DNA of 64,000 bases, taken from contig OZ241744.1 of the NCBI GenBank assembly GCA_965200965.1, forward strand, positions 832,001 through 896,000. Direction: 5' to 3'. Origin of the DNA: an uncultured Candidatus Binatia bacterium (lineage in GTDB: Bacteria; Desulfobacterota; Binatia; Bin18). Numbering within the stretch: position 1 is the stretch's first letter; the number at the start of each line of letters is the position of its first letter. Positions 20,250-30,963 of the stretch are shown here, piece by piece. Both the position numbers and the translations under genes were made by a program. A model generated the notes under the pieces. It was given only the letters and a program-made list of their open reading frames with translations, searched no databases and had not been told where the DNA came from.

Positions 20250-20729
20250 ATGGCCGATGAGGAGTTGAAAGAGAAAGTCAAAGAAGTCCTGGCCGAGCTT
20301 GGCGTTTTTTCTGGCCAACGCAACATTACGATGGAAGAGATCGCTATCCTGCAAGGCCAGCAAACGGGTCTGGCCCGGATCATGCCCGAGATTGGCCAGC
20401 GGACCTGGAAGCTGTTTTACGCGGCAAAAGAGGGTCACTGGGACTTGGCCAACTTCCAGTACTCAGAGATTACCGAACTGATGGAGCTCGGGGCCTACGC
20501 CCGGCCAAAGCACGAAGATGCGCTCAACCAGTTCATGGCCGAGGACTGGCCGCCGCTTGGTGAGGCGATCAAAAATAAGGACTTTGCCGCGTTCGAGCCG
20601 GCTTTTCATAAGGCCATTGAGCAGGCCAACGCCTATCATGAACTCAAGGACAGACCCTATATTCGTTGGCAGTTGCCCCCCGTCCCGCCGGACGACCTCG
20701 AACTCAAGCCGCGCGGAGGGAGCAAATAA
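20250..20729 (+). CDS. Helical protein resembling cytochrome c'-like bundle proteins but lacking CxxCH
   Basis: GLARIM..KLFYAAKEGHWDLA..AIKNKDFAAF..ANAYH; AAGGAGG RBS. Confidence 0.65.
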   Translation: MADEELKEKVKEVLAELGVFSGQRNITMEEIAILQGQQTGLARIMPEIGQRTWKLFYAAKEGHWDLANFQYSEITELMELGAYARPKHEDALNQFMAEDWPPLGEAIKNKDFAAFEPAFHKAIEQANAYHELKDRPYIRWQLPPVPPDDLELKPRGGSK

Positions 20730-20842
20730 TCGGGCCTCAAGGCACCTGAACCTGCTCGGCTCCGTTCAGGTACCAAAGAATGTCAGGGTGGAACAGAGGG
20801 CAGCCGGCTATGGCTGCCCTTCGCTGTATAAGGAGAGCGATT

Positions 20843-22909
20843 ATGTCTGGCACGCTTTTTCTCCTCGTCGTCTTCGCCGCCCTGGGGTTCTTTGCCTCCA
20901 CCTTGTACGGCCGTGTTCGGCTCTTGCTGGCGATGAGGCCGGTAGGCCGCTTTGACCGGATTGGCCGGCGGCTCAAGGCGGTGCTGGTCTACGCGTTTGG
21001 CCAAAAGAAATTCATAGTCGGCGAGCAGCCGGCCGGCTGGATGCACATCCTCATCTTCTGGGGCTTCATCATTCTCGCCCTCCAGGTCGTGACCATGTTT
21101 GGCCGCGCCTTTTCAGACCATTTCTTCGTGCCTGGCTTTGCGCCCGATCAGCTTGGCGGGCCGTTCTTTGTGCTCCGCGACCTCATGGAAGTCCTGGTCA
21201 TGGCCGCGGTGGCGGTGGCGGTCTACCGCTGGCTGGTCTCGCACCCGCCCCGGCTGTCTGGCTATATACCGGCCGAAGACCGCTTGGCCGGTCAGTCCCA
21301 CTGGGAAGCCGTGCTCATCCTGTGTTGCATCTTTGCCATTATGCTCTCCGGTCTGCTGTACGACGGCGGTCGGCTGGTCTTTCTGGCCGGCGACCCTGTG
21401 GTTGAAGCTGAGCGTCCCTGGCAGCCGATGGGTACCCTCGTCGCCCTGGCCCTGTCAGCCTGTGGCCCAGGCATTGCCGAGTGTGTCAGCAATGCCTCGT
21501 GGTGGGTCCACAATGTGGTTATCCTGGCCTTTCTCAATCTGTTGCCGCGCTCCAAGCATTTCCACATCATTACCTCAATTCCGAACGTGTTCTTCCGCAA
21601 ACTTGAGCCGGCCGGCGCACTTGACAAGATGGACCTGGAGAATACCGAAACCTTTGGCACCTCGTTCATCAACCAGTTCACCTGGAAGCAGGCCCTCGAC
21701 ATGTACAGCTGCACCGAGTGCGGGCGCTGCTCTTCGCACTGCCCGGCCACGGCCAGCGGCAAAGAACTCGCCCCGCGCCAACTGCTCCTCAACCTGCGCG
21801 ACTACCTATACGACCATCAGGCCGAGATGATCGCCGGGGGCAAGGGCGGTACCGCTCCGATAGGCGAGAATGTGGTCGGTGAGAACCTGATTCACGACAA
21901 TGTGTTGTGGTCATGTACCACCTGCCGGGCGTGCGAAGAAGCCTGCCCGGTGCTGATCGAATATGTCGATAAAATCGTGGACATGCGCCGCCACCTCGTT
22001 CAGGAAGAAACCCGCTTCCCCACCGAGTTGACCCGTACCTTCAAAGGCATGGAAACCCAGGGCAACCCCTGGGGCATGAGCACTGACAAGCGCATGGACT
22101 GGGCAGTGGGCCTGTCTGTGCCCCTGCTGGCCGACAACCCGCAAGCCGAATACCTGTACTTTGTGGGCTGCGCCGGCGCTTTTGACGACCGCAACAAAAA
22201 GACAGTTGCCGCCTTTGTCAACATTCTCAACAAGGCCGGGGTGAGTTTTGCCGTGCTCGGTCCCGAAGAACCATGTAACGGCGAGACCGCCCGCCGGCTG
22301 GGCAACGAATACCTGTTTCAGACCATGGCCGAGACCGCGGTTGCGCGCATCAACGGCTATGGAGTCCGCAAGGTTATTGCCAACTGCCCGCACTGCTTCA
22401 ACACGCTCAAAAACGAATATCCCCAGTTTGGCGGCAACTACCAAGTCATCTCGTCCGCCGAACTCGTCGACCATCTGTTCAAACAGGGCAAGCTGAGCGT
22501 CCGGGAAGACCCCGATCTCACTGTCACCTATCATGACTCGTGCTATTACGGCCGCCACAACAACATCTACGAGTCGCCGCGCGAAATCATTGCCAGAATC
22601 ATGGGCAAATCCCCCCGGGAGATGGAACGCAGCCGTCAGACCAGCATGTGCTGTGGCGGTGGTGGCGGCTGGATGTGGATGGACGAAGCCCCAGGTCAGC
22701 GGGTGAACATCCTGCGCGCCGAGCAAGCCCTGGAGACCAGCCCCGATGTCGTCGCCGTATCCTGCCCCTTCTGTATGACCATGCTGAGCGACGGCATCAA
22801 AACCACAGAGGCCGAGGACCAGGTTGAGGTCCTTGACGTGATGGAACTCGTGGACCGGGCCAGCGACCCAGATTTTCCCCCAAGAGAGGCGGACGCCCCC
22901 CATGCCTGA
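20843..22909 (+). CDS. Membrane Fe-S oxidoreductase (FadF/HdrD-like, two CCG domains)
   Basis: N-terminal TM helices, CTECGRC..CP and CTTCRAC..CP, HDSC, CCGGGGG, CPFC. Confidence 0.92.
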   Translation: MSGTLFLLVVFAALGFFASTLYGRVRLLLAMRPVGRFDRIGRRLKAVLVYAFGQKKFIVGEQPAGWMHILIFWGFIILALQVVTMFGRAFSDHFFVPGFAPDQLGGPFFVLRDLMEVLVMAAVAVAVYRWLVSHPPRLSGYIPAEDRLAGQSHWEAVLILCCIFAIMLSGLLYDGGRLVFLAGDPVVEAERPWQPMGTLVALALSACGPGIAECVSNASWWVHNVVILAFLNLLPRSKHFHIITSIPNVFFRKLEPAGALDKMDLENTETFGTSFINQFTWKQALDMYSCTECGRCSSHCPATASGKELAPRQLLLNLRDYLYDHQAEMIAGGKGGTAPIGENVVGENLIHDNVLWSCTTCRACEEACPVLIEYVDKIVDMRRHLVQEETRFPTELTRTFKGMETQGNPWGMSTDKRMDWAVGLSVPLLADNPQAEYLYFVGCAGAFDDRNKKTVAAFVNILNKAGVSFAVLGPEEPCNGETARRLGNEYLFQTMAETAVARINGYGVRKVIANCPHCFNTLKNEYPQFGGNYQVISSAELVDHLFKQGKLSVREDPDLTVTYHDSCYYGRHNNIYESPREIIARIMGKSPREMERSRQTSMCCGGGGGWMWMDEAPGQRVNILRAEQALETSPDVVAVSCPFCMTMLSDGIKTTEAEDQVEVLDVMELVDRASDPDFPPREADAPHA

Positions 22910-23954
22910 GCAGCTTGAAAATACCCACCTAGTTGACCTGCAACCCCTGATAGCCCCGCGCGCGGTCAAGGCCGAGCTGCCGCTGACCGAGCCGGCCGCG
23001 GCCCTCGTCCTCCAGACGCGCCAAGCGATCCGCGCCATCCTGTACGGCCAGGACCGCCGGCGTCTCCTGGTCGTGACCGGGCCGTGCTCCATCCACGACG
23101 CCGCGGCGGCCTCCGAATACGCCGGCCGCCTCAAACCTGTCATTGACGCCACCCGCGACCGGCTGGTGATTGTCATGCGGACCTACTTTGAAAAGCCGCG
23201 CACAACAGTCGGCTGGAAGGGCCTGATTAACGACCCCCACCTCGACGGCTCGTGCGATATCCCCACCGGCCTGCAAATGGCCCGCCAGATTCTCCTGCAC
23301 ATCAACCAGGCCGGCGTGCCCTGTGCAGTAGAGGTCCTTGACCCTGTCACCCCCCAGTATGTGGCCGATCTGATCAGCTGGGCGGCCATTGGCGCACGCA
23401 CCACCGAGAGCCAGACCCACCGCGAGTTGGCCAGCGGGCTGTCCATGCCAGTCGGCTTCAAGAACGGTACCGACGGCAAAATCCAGAGCGCCATCAACGC
23501 CATGATCTCAGCCCGTCACCCGCACAGTTTTCTGGGCATCAACGTCGACGGCCTGACCTGCATGATTAAGACCGGCGGCAACCCTGACCGGCATATTGTG
23601 CTGCGCGGCGGGGGCGGCAAGCCGAACTGCGGCCCTGAAGACATTGCCCGGGCGGTCGAGTTGGTGGCCGGCGAAGAGATTCCCCGGGCGGTTATGGTTG
23701 ATTGCTCACACGACAACTCGGGCAAAGACCACACCCGGCAGGGCCAAGTGTGTCGGGATGCCCTGGCGGTCTTCCGCGGGGGTCAGCGGGCGCTGATGGG
23801 CGTGTTGATCGAGAGCAATCTTAAACCGGGCAAACAGACCTGGAAAGAGGGGGTGCAGCTTGACTATGGCGTGTCCATTACCGACGCCTGCATCGGCTGG
23901 GAAGAGACCGAGCGGCTGCTGTATGAGATCGCCGAGGCTGTCCCGGCGCAGTGA
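22902..23954 (+). CDS. aroF: DAHP synthase (class I-alpha)
   Basis: GPCSIHD, YFEKPRTTVGWKG, IGARTTESQ, DCSHDNS and SITDAC motifs; paralog name (aroF/G/H) uncertain. Confidence 0.92.
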   Translation: MPEQLENTHLVDLQPLIAPRAVKAELPLTEPAAALVLQTRQAIRAILYGQDRRRLLVVTGPCSIHDAAAASEYAGRLKPVIDATRDRLVIVMRTYFEKPRTTVGWKGLINDPHLDGSCDIPTGLQMARQILLHINQAGVPCAVEVLDPVTPQYVADLISWAAIGARTTESQTHRELASGLSMPVGFKNGTDGKIQSAINAMISARHPHSFLGINVDGLTCMIKTGGNPDRHIVLRGGGGKPNCGPEDIARAVELVAGEEIPRAVMVDCSHDNSGKDHTRQGQVCRDALAVFRGGQRALMGVLIESNLKPGKQTWKEGVQLDYGVSITDACIGWEETERLLYEIAEAVPAQ

Positions 23955-24040
23955 GAAGACAGACTGGGCTGATTTCCGTCCTCATGTAGACAAAATCGGC
24001 CCAATAGGGGAGAAAATTATGATTCTCCTGAGCTATCTGT

Positions 24041-24304
24041 CTACTCCCAGCGAGAAATTTGCTTATACAACTCCCCCTTTATGAATATCTTCCTGGTTAA
24101 CGTTTGACTTCCACCAACCGTTATATTCGCTGCGAGGTAAGCATCTTCTACCTCAAATCCCTCTGCGTCTACACCTTGTAGCCACATACGGACATCTTCA
24201 CTGTCTGACCCGTTCTCAACGGTTGCTTTGATTGCCAGTTGTACATCCCCGTCTTCGTCGGTAGCGATGACTTTAGTAGCAATGTCGCTGACTTTGTAAT
24301 CCAT
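24041..24304 (-). CDS. Small acidic hypothetical protein in a lower-GC patch
   Basis: 87-aa ORF with GGAGG RBS; AT-richer codons than its flanks. Confidence 0.65.
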   Translation of the reverse strand: MDYKVSDIATKVIATDEDGDVQLAIKATVENGSDSEDVRMWLQGVDAEGFEVEDAYLAANITVGGSQTLTRKIFIKGELYKQISRWE

Positions 24305-24576
24305 GAGAGCCTCCCGCTTGATTACCCCTCGCCTCGTCGGCGAAACCTCTTAGCGCTTTTCGAGCCAGAGAAGAGAGTAGGGCACCTCCCCTGTAGCAGC
24401 CTTGTGTTACGGCGTCAATAGTCATCGTTGAACACCCCTGCCCGGGGAAACGCGCAGGTGGTGGAGTGAAGCCGATGCACCGGCAGATCGTGGCGGCAGT
24501 TTGGGTGCTTGCAGGCCGGATGGCTGCAGACCGAGGGGCCAAAGCCGGCTTCTCTGATGGCCTGTCGGCTTGGGTT

Positions 24577-26973
24577 TCAATTTTCCAGTCTGGGCTCCCA
24601 GTTCCGCAGCCTCAGCGAGTTTGCCACCACGCTGAGGCTGGAGAAGGCCATTGCCGCCGCGGCCAGCGGCGGGCTGAGATAGCCCAGGGCGGCCAGCGGC
24701 AGGACGATGACATTGTAGAGAAAGGCCCAGAACAGGTTCTGCTTGATCTTGCGGAAGGTCCGACGACTCACTTCAATTGCGCTGGCCACCAGCCGGGGGT
24801 CGGGCCGCATGAGGGTGATGGCCGCGGTCTCCATCGCCACATCGGTTCCTGAACCCATTGCTATGCCCACCGTGGCCTGAGCGAGGGCCGGTGCATCGTT
24901 GATGCCGTCGCCCACCATGCCGACATGGCAACCTCGGTCGGTGATTTCTTTGACGATTCTAGCCTTGTCTTCGGGCAGGGCCCCGCCGTGGACATTGGCA
25001 ATGCCGAGCCGCTCGGCAAGGCGTTCGGCCACCGGGACAGCGTCGCCGGACACCAGCATCGGCACAACGCCGAGCTGCTTGAGCCGCCGGACTGCGGCCG
25101 CGGACTGCGGCCGCAGCGCATCGACGATTTCAAACCGGGCCAGCAGGGTTTCTCGGCCCGGCAGGCTGATGCCGAGCCAGACTTGGGCACCGCCGTGGTG
25201 CAGGTCACGGGGAGGGGGATCAAGCCCGCGGTGGGTGAACATGCCCTCGTTGCCGAGCAGATAATGCACCTCGTTGATATCGCCCTCAACACCCTGGGCT
25301 ACCGAACTCTTGAACCGTTCGACCGGCAGCAGCGTCAGCTTCCGCTCCTCGGCCGCGGCGCGAATGGCGGCGGCGATCGGGTGCTCGCTGCCCTGTTGCA
25401 GGGAGGCGGCGAGTTGCAGGGCCTCGTCCTCTCCGAGTCCGGCCAGGAGCTTGATCTTGCCCAGAGTGGGCTTGCCTTCGGTCAGGGTGCCGGTCTTGTC
25501 AAGGATGACATGGGACAGGCTGTGGGCCTGCTCCAGCGAGACAATGTCTTTGATCAGGATGCCAGAGCGCGCCGCGGCCCCGGAGCCGGTTAGAATGGCG
25601 GTTGGCGTGGCCAGCCCAAGGGCGCAGGGACAGGCGATGACCAGCACCGCAACAGCGCTGATAATCGCCTGCTCAAAGCCTGCGCCGACCGTCAGCCACA
25701 CGAGGCAGGTGCCCACGGCAATGGCGACCACGAACGGCACGAAGACTCCGCTCACGCGGTCTACCAGGCGTTGGACCGCGGGCTTGCCGGCCTGGGCATT
25801 CTCAACCAGCTGAATCATTTTGGCCAGGGTTGAATCGGCCCCGCTGGCCTGCGTCTCAATGTCAATGACCCCGTTGATGCTGATTGAGCCGGTCCTTACT
25901 GTGTCGCCCGGCTTCTTGAGGACCGCGGCACTCTCGCCGGTGAGGAGTGCTTCGTCAATTTCGGCTTCGCCGCTGACCACGATGCCGTCCGCGGCAACTT
26001 GCTGGCCTGGGCGGCAGACCACGATGTCGCCGATCTTCACCTCCTGGGCTGGTCGCTCAATCAGGCTGCCGTCGGGGAGACGGAGCAGGGCAGTGCTGGG
26101 CCGCAGGGCCAGCAGCTCCCGGATGGCCTGGGCCGCACCGCGCTTGGCGCGGGTTTCCAGGTACTTGCCGAGCAGCACCAGGGTGATGATGAATGCCGAT
26201 GCCTCAAAGAACATCTGGCCCCGGGCGTCCATGCCGAGCGTGATGAGCAGATACCAACTATAGGAGTAGGCAGCGCTTGTGCCCAGGGCGACCAGCACAT
26301 CCATGTTGGCCCCGCCGCCGCGCAGGGCGTTACAGGCCCCGCGGTAGAAACGCGCGCCAAGCATGAATTGCAGCGGGGTGGTGAGCGCTGCCTCGAGCAG
26401 CGGGTGCATGTGCCAAGCGGATCCACCGCTCAGCATGACCAGCATCTGAACGAGAAACGGGGCGGTCAGAATCGCTCCACCGACGATAAGCCTGCGGTCG
26501 TGGGCGGCTTTCCGCTGCTCGCGCTCCAGCGAGACCTTGGGGTCGTGAACGGCGACCAAACGGTAGCCGACGGCTTCTACTGTCGCGCTCAGGTCTTCAT
26601 CTGTGACGGCCAGAGACATCAGCCTGAGCTGTGCCTGTTCGGTGGCCGGATTGACATTGGCATCAACTACCCCGGGAAGTGCCCGGAGCGCTTTCTCGAC
26701 CTGGAGCGCGCCGGCAGCATCGTTCAGACCCTCAACACTGAACTGGCGAGTCTCTACCCCGACATCGAAGCCAGTCTGTCGCACAACGCTGACTACCGAC
26801 TCAAGACTCAGCGTCGCGTCACCGTCAACCATCGCCCGCTCCAGCGGCAGATTGACCGCAGCCTCCACGATCCCGTCGGCCTTGGACAAGGAGTGCTCAA
26901 GTCGTGCCGCGCAGGCGTTGCAGGTCATGCCCTCAATGATGAGCTTGTAGCGCCTGAGTTGCTGCGTTGTCAT
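24577..26973 (-). CDS. copA: Copper-translocating P1B-type ATPase
   Basis: GMTCNAC metal-binding domain, TGES, CPC, DKTGT, SEHP, GDGIND, YN and MAFSS motifs. Confidence 0.93.
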   Translation of the reverse strand: MTTQQLRRYKLIIEGMTCNACAARLEHSLSKADGIVEAAVNLPLERAMVDGDATLSLESVVSVVRQTGFDVGVETRQFSVEGLNDAAGALQVEKALRALPGVVDANVNPATEQAQLRLMSLAVTDEDLSATVEAVGYRLVAVHDPKVSLEREQRKAAHDRRLIVGGAILTAPFLVQMLVMLSGGSAWHMHPLLEAALTTPLQFMLGARFYRGACNALRGGGANMDVLVALGTSAAYSYSWYLLITLGMDARGQMFFEASAFIITLVLLGKYLETRAKRGAAQAIRELLALRPSTALLRLPDGSLIERPAQEVKIGDIVVCRPGQQVAADGIVVSGEAEIDEALLTGESAAVLKKPGDTVRTGSISINGVIDIETQASGADSTLAKMIQLVENAQAGKPAVQRLVDRVSGVFVPFVVAIAVGTCLVWLTVGAGFEQAIISAVAVLVIACPCALGLATPTAILTGSGAAARSGILIKDIVSLEQAHSLSHVILDKTGTLTEGKPTLGKIKLLAGLGEDEALQLAASLQQGSEHPIAAAIRAAAEERKLTLLPVERFKSSVAQGVEGDINEVHYLLGNEGMFTHRGLDPPPRDLHHGGAQVWLGISLPGRETLLARFEIVDALRPQSAAAVRRLKQLGVVPMLVSGDAVPVAERLAERLGIANVHGGALPEDKARIVKEITDRGCHVGMVGDGINDAPALAQATVGIAMGSGTDVAMETAAITLMRPDPRLVASAIEVSRRTFRKIKQNLFWAFLYNVIVLPLAALGYLSPPLAAAAMAFSSLSVVANSLRLRNWEPRLEN

Positions 26974-27059
26974 GCTCCCCGGTCCTGTGGCATCACCTTT
27001 TCGGCGCGGTCTTTTTGATACATTGCCGGGTGTTGATGTGTGTGGCCACCGTTGGTTCC

Positions 27060-28250
27060 TTACTTTGCCGCCGGACCGGCGACCGACACCCGGTAGCCGG
27101 TCTTCTTCTCGTACTGGTCGATTTCTTGGGCCACGGCGCTCATCGCTCCGCCGATCAGGCTGTCGTGGTCGCTGCGGCACCATTCCCTGGAGCGGACCGG
27201 CCAGTCGCCCGATCCCTGAAAGCGGGGGAAGACTTCTTTGGCCAGCAGTTCGTAGGAGGCCAGCGAGGCGGTGCGTTCCACCCAGTCGTTGGCCATAATC
27301 AGATAGCAACCAAAGCCGCCCGACTGCTTTTTCAGCCGTTTGATCTGGGCCGCGGCATCGTCCGGGGTGCCAATTACGGCCGTCCCGGAGTCAACCAGGG
27401 CCTGGACCCACTTGCCCGGGTCGGGCTCTGCCGGGGCCAGCGGCAGAGCCACGACATGCTTGAAATAGTCGATCCATTCATGAATGCCGTACTCGACCTC
27501 TTCAAGCGCCTGTTGGCGGCTCGGCGCGACATGCATTGGCCCGACCAGCCGCCAACAGGCGCGGTCTACGGTATGGCCGTGCTGGACGGCGGTATCATTC
27601 CAGATCTTCCAGTGGTCGGCCAGCACGCCAAAACCGCCTTGGCTGGTTGCCCCTACCGACAGCAGGCCGACGCCGTAATGGCCGGCGGTGCGCGGACCGG
27701 CTGGGGAGACGGTGGCCGCTACCGCGATTTCAAAATGCGGATAGGTGTAGGGACGGAGTTGGAGGCGGGCCTCGTGGAGGGTGAACCAGTCGGTTTTCAG
27801 GCTGAGCGGCTCTTCTGAAGTAAGCAACAGCATGATTGCTCCCAGCGCCTCTTCCATCCGGCTCCGCTGGCTGGCCGGGTCAATGCCCATCATCCGCGCG
27901 TCGGAGGGCAGAGCGCCGGGACCGACGCCGAACATCACCCGTCCGCGCGTCATATGGTCAAGTTGGACAATGCGGTCGGCCAGCATCAGGGGATGGTGGT
28001 AGGGCAGGGAGCTGACCCCGGTTCCGAGCCGGATATGCCCGGTGCGCTGGGCGGCAGAGGCGATCATTACTTCGGGCGAGGCGATGATTTCCAGCCCTGC
28101 CGAGTGATGTTCTCCGATCCAGACTTCATTGTAGCCGAGTTGGTCAAGACGTTCGATCAGTTCCAGGTCGCACTCCAGGGCCAGGGTCGGGTTCTGCCCG
28201 GCAGGGTGAAAAGGGGCCATGAAAATACCAAAGCGTAAGGGTCGTTCCAT
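27060..28250 (-). CDS. LLM-class flavin-dependent monooxygenase (limonene monooxygenase-like)
   Basis: RFGIFMAPFHP, WIGEHHS and LGTGVSSLPYH motifs. Confidence 0.9.
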   Translation of the reverse strand: MERPLRFGIFMAPFHPAGQNPTLALECDLELIERLDQLGYNEVWIGEHHSAGLEIIASPEVMIASAAQRTGHIRLGTGVSSLPYHHPLMLADRIVQLDHMTRGRVMFGVGPGALPSDARMMGIDPASQRSRMEEALGAIMLLLTSEEPLSLKTDWFTLHEARLQLRPYTYPHFEIAVAATVSPAGPRTAGHYGVGLLSVGATSQGGFGVLADHWKIWNDTAVQHGHTVDRACWRLVGPMHVAPSRQQALEEVEYGIHEWIDYFKHVVALPLAPAEPDPGKWVQALVDSGTAVIGTPDDAAAQIKRLKKQSGGFGCYLIMANDWVERTASLASYELLAKEVFPRFQGSGDWPVRSREWCRSDHDSLIGGAMSAVAQEIDQYEKKTGYRVSVAGPAAK

Positions 28251-28274
28251 ACCTTCCTCCATGTTAGCCGCAGG

Positions 28275-29459
28275 CTAGCGCCCCTTGGGCATCTCCAACA
28301 CCCGTTCGGCAATGATATTGCGGAGAATCTCGGATGTGCCGCCCTCGATGGTGTTGGCCTTTGAACGGATGAAGCCGTACTGCCAGTATGCCCTGTTGCC
28401 CTCATTGGATATCTGGGCGTAGGGGCCCTGGATATCCACCGCTAGCTCTTGCAAACGCTGGTTGGACTCGGCCCAGTGCAGCTTGGCAATTGATCCTTCG
28501 GCCCCAGGTGGGGCACCGCGCAGCAGTGTGGTCAGGGCACGATAATTGTTGAGCTTCAGCACCTCGCTATCAATATACGCCTGGGCCATCCGTTGCCGAA
28601 CGGTGGGCGAGTCCCTCAGCGGTTCGCCGTAGCGGGCCTCGCCTTGGACTGTGTGCTGGAGGTCACGGCAGGCCCGTTGCATGGCAAAGGTGAAGTAAAA
28701 TCCCAAGCCCTGGCGTTCAAACATCAGCGAGGTGATAATCACCTGCCAGCCATGGTCTTTTTCACCCAGAAGTTGAGCCTTGGGCACTCTGACATCCTCA
28801 AGAAAGAGCTCGTTGAACTCGCTCTCGCCGGTCATGGTCCGCAGTGGTCGAATACTGATCCCAGGACTTTTCATATCGACCAGAAGTGCTGATAGACCCT
28901 GATGTTTTGGCGCGTTGGGATTGGTCCGTACCAGGAGCAGACACCAGTCCGCATAATTGGCCAAGCTGGTCCAGACCTTTTGTCCGTTGACAACAAAGGC
29001 GTCGCCTTCCTCCTCGGCCTGGGTCTGTAGAGATCCCAGGTCTGAGCCGGAACTAGGCTCTGAGTATCCCTGGCTCCAGACCTCTTCTCCACTGAGGATA
29101 TTCGCCAGGTATCGTTGCTTTTGGGCTTGGCTGCCATGGGTGATGATCGTGGGGCCGACAATCTCCAGACCCAGCACATTCATCAGGCCGGGCGCTTTGT
29201 GGGCGGCCATCTCTTCGTCAAAAATCATTCGTTCAACCAGCGAAGCACCTCTGCCGCCATACTCCTTGGGCCAGGAGATGCCGGCCCAGCCGCCTTTGTA
29301 GACGGTCTTCTGCCAGTCTTTCAGAAACCTGAGATCGGCCGGCGAAGCTTGGGGTTGAAGATGGCGGAGACGCTCGCTGTCGGGAGGGACATGGCTTGCC
29401 AGCCAGGAGCGAAGTTCGTGGCGAAACGTTTCTTGTTCGGGGGTAAAGGTGAAGTCCAT
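28275..29459 (-). CDS. Acyl-CoA dehydrogenase
   Basis: WSQGYSEPSSGSDL, NGQKVWTS and IEGGTSEI motifs. Confidence 0.95.
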   Translation of the reverse strand: MDFTFTPEQETFRHELRSWLASHVPPDSERLRHLQPQASPADLRFLKDWQKTVYKGGWAGISWPKEYGGRGASLVERMIFDEEMAAHKAPGLMNVLGLEIVGPTIITHGSQAQKQRYLANILSGEEVWSQGYSEPSSGSDLGSLQTQAEEEGDAFVVNGQKVWTSLANYADWCLLLVRTNPNAPKHQGLSALLVDMKSPGISIRPLRTMTGESEFNELFLEDVRVPKAQLLGEKDHGWQVIITSLMFERQGLGFYFTFAMQRACRDLQHTVQGEARYGEPLRDSPTVRQRMAQAYIDSEVLKLNNYRALTTLLRGAPPGAEGSIAKLHWAESNQRLQELAVDIQGPYAQISNEGNRAYWQYGFIRSKANTIEGGTSEILRNIIAERVLEMPKGR

Positions 29460-29481
29460 TCTCCCTCCTCCTGCTGATGGG

Positions 29482-30924
29482 TCACTTGAGTTTTTTCTTC
29501 AAGATCTGGTTCAGGAGTTGCGGGTTGGCTTTGCCCTGCATGGCCCGCATGACCTGACCGACAAAAAAGCCGAGCAGCTTGTCTTTGCCGCCCTGGTAGG
29601 CCATGACTTTGTCGGGATGGGCAGCCATGACCCGGTCGATCTGGGCTTCGAGGGCTGCACTATCGCTGATCTGAAGCAGTCCTTTGGCCTTGATGATCGC
29701 CTCCGGCGGCTGGCCGCTTGCGGTCATGTCGGCAAAGACGGTTTTGGCAATTGTGCCGCTGATCTTGCCGTCGTGAATACAGATGACGAGCTGTGCCAGG
29801 TGTTCCGGCGGGCACGGCCAGCGGGGGATATGCAGCCGGTTGTCAAGTTTGTCGTCTTTGAGCGTGCGCAGCACGCTGTCCATGACCCAGTTGCTCAGCG
29901 CTTTTGGATCAACCGGCTGGGCGCGCAGTGCCTTTTCATAATAGTCGGCAACCTCCTTGTGGGCGGTTAAGACCGCAGCGTCATAGGCCGGCAAGCCGTA
30001 CTCCTGGATAAAGCGCGTCTGCCGCTCGGTCGGTAGCTCGGGCAGGCCGGCTCTGATATCTGCCACCCAGCCATCGTCAACCACCAGGGGCAGGAGGTCC
30101 GGGTCGGGAAAATAGCGATAATCGTGGACGAACTCCTTGCTGCGCATGGAGCGGGTGATTTCACGCTCGGCGTCCCACAGCCGTGTTTCCTGTACAATTT
30201 TTTCGCCCGACTCGGTGGCCTGTGTCTGGCGTTGAATCTCGTACTGGATGGCCTTTTCGACCGCTCGAAATGAGTTAACATTTTTAATTTCGGTTCGTGT
30301 GCCAAACTCGGTGCTGCCACGCGGTCGGATCGACACATTGGCGTCACAGCGCAGGCTGCCTTCTTCCATGTTGCCGTCGCATACTTCGAGGTAGCGCAGC
30401 AGGCTGCGCAGGGTACGCATATACGCCCCGGCTTCTTCGGGGTTGCGGATATCCGGCTCGCTGACAATCTCTAAGAGGGGGACGCCGGTCCGGTTCAGGT
30501 CTACTAAACTGGCGTCGCTCTGGGCGTCGTGAATATTCTTGCCGGCGTCCTCCTCCATATGAATCCGGGTCAGGCCTACCCGTTTGGTCTGCTCGCCAAG
30601 TGGCACGTCAAGATAGCCGTGCTCGGCGATTGGCAGATCGTACATGCTGATCTGATAGCCCTTGGGCAGGTCCGGGTAAAAATAGTTCTTGCGCGCCCAA
30701 CGGCTGTGGGGCGCAATCCGACAGTGGGTGGCCAGGGCGGTCTTGAGGGCATAGTCGACGACCCGTTTGTTGAGGACCGGCAGCACCCCGGGCAGCCCCA
30801 TACAGACCGGGCAGGTGTTATGGTTGGGCTTGGCTCCAAACCGGGTTGAGCAAGCACAAAATATCTTGGACTCGGTCAACAGTTGGGCGTGGACTTCAAG
30901 GCCAATGACGGGTTCGTGTTCCAT
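29482..30924 (-). CDS. gatB: Asp/Glu-tRNA amidotransferase subunit B
   Basis: [28 protein letters not shown] and [10 protein letters not shown] motifs. Confidence 0.98.
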   Translation of the reverse strand: MEHEPVIGLEVHAQLLTESKIFCACSTRFGAKPNHNTCPVCMGLPGVLPVLNKRVVDYALKTALATHCRIAPHSRWARKNYFYPDLPKGYQISMYDLPIAEHGYLDVPLGEQTKRVGLTRIHMEEDAGKNIHDAQSDASLVDLNRTGVPLLEIVSEPDIRNPEEAGAYMRTLRSLLRYLEVCDGNMEEGSLRCDANVSIRPRGSTEFGTRTEIKNVNSFRAVEKAIQYEIQRQTQATESGEKIVQETRLWDAEREITRSMRSKEFVHDYRYFPDPDLLPLVVDDGWVADIRAGLPELPTERQTRFIQEYGLPAYDAAVLTAHKEVADYYEKALRAQPVDPKALSNWVMDSVLRTLKDDKLDNRLHIPRWPCPPEHLAQLVICIHDGKISGTIAKTVFADMTASGQPPEAIIKAKGLLQISDSAALEAQIDRVMAAHPDKVMAYQGGKDKLLGFFVGQVMRAMQGKANPQLLNQILKKKLK

Positions 30925-30948
30925 ACGCTGTTCTCTCCCTGGCGAACT

Positions 30949-30963
30949 GGTCATCATCGTTCA
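30949..30963 (-). repeat. Intergenic repeat core TGAACGATGATGACC, copy 1 (overlaps the gatA stop codon)
   Basis: Identical 15-mer at 42722-42736 and 44076-44090 on the + strand. Confidence 0.7.
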
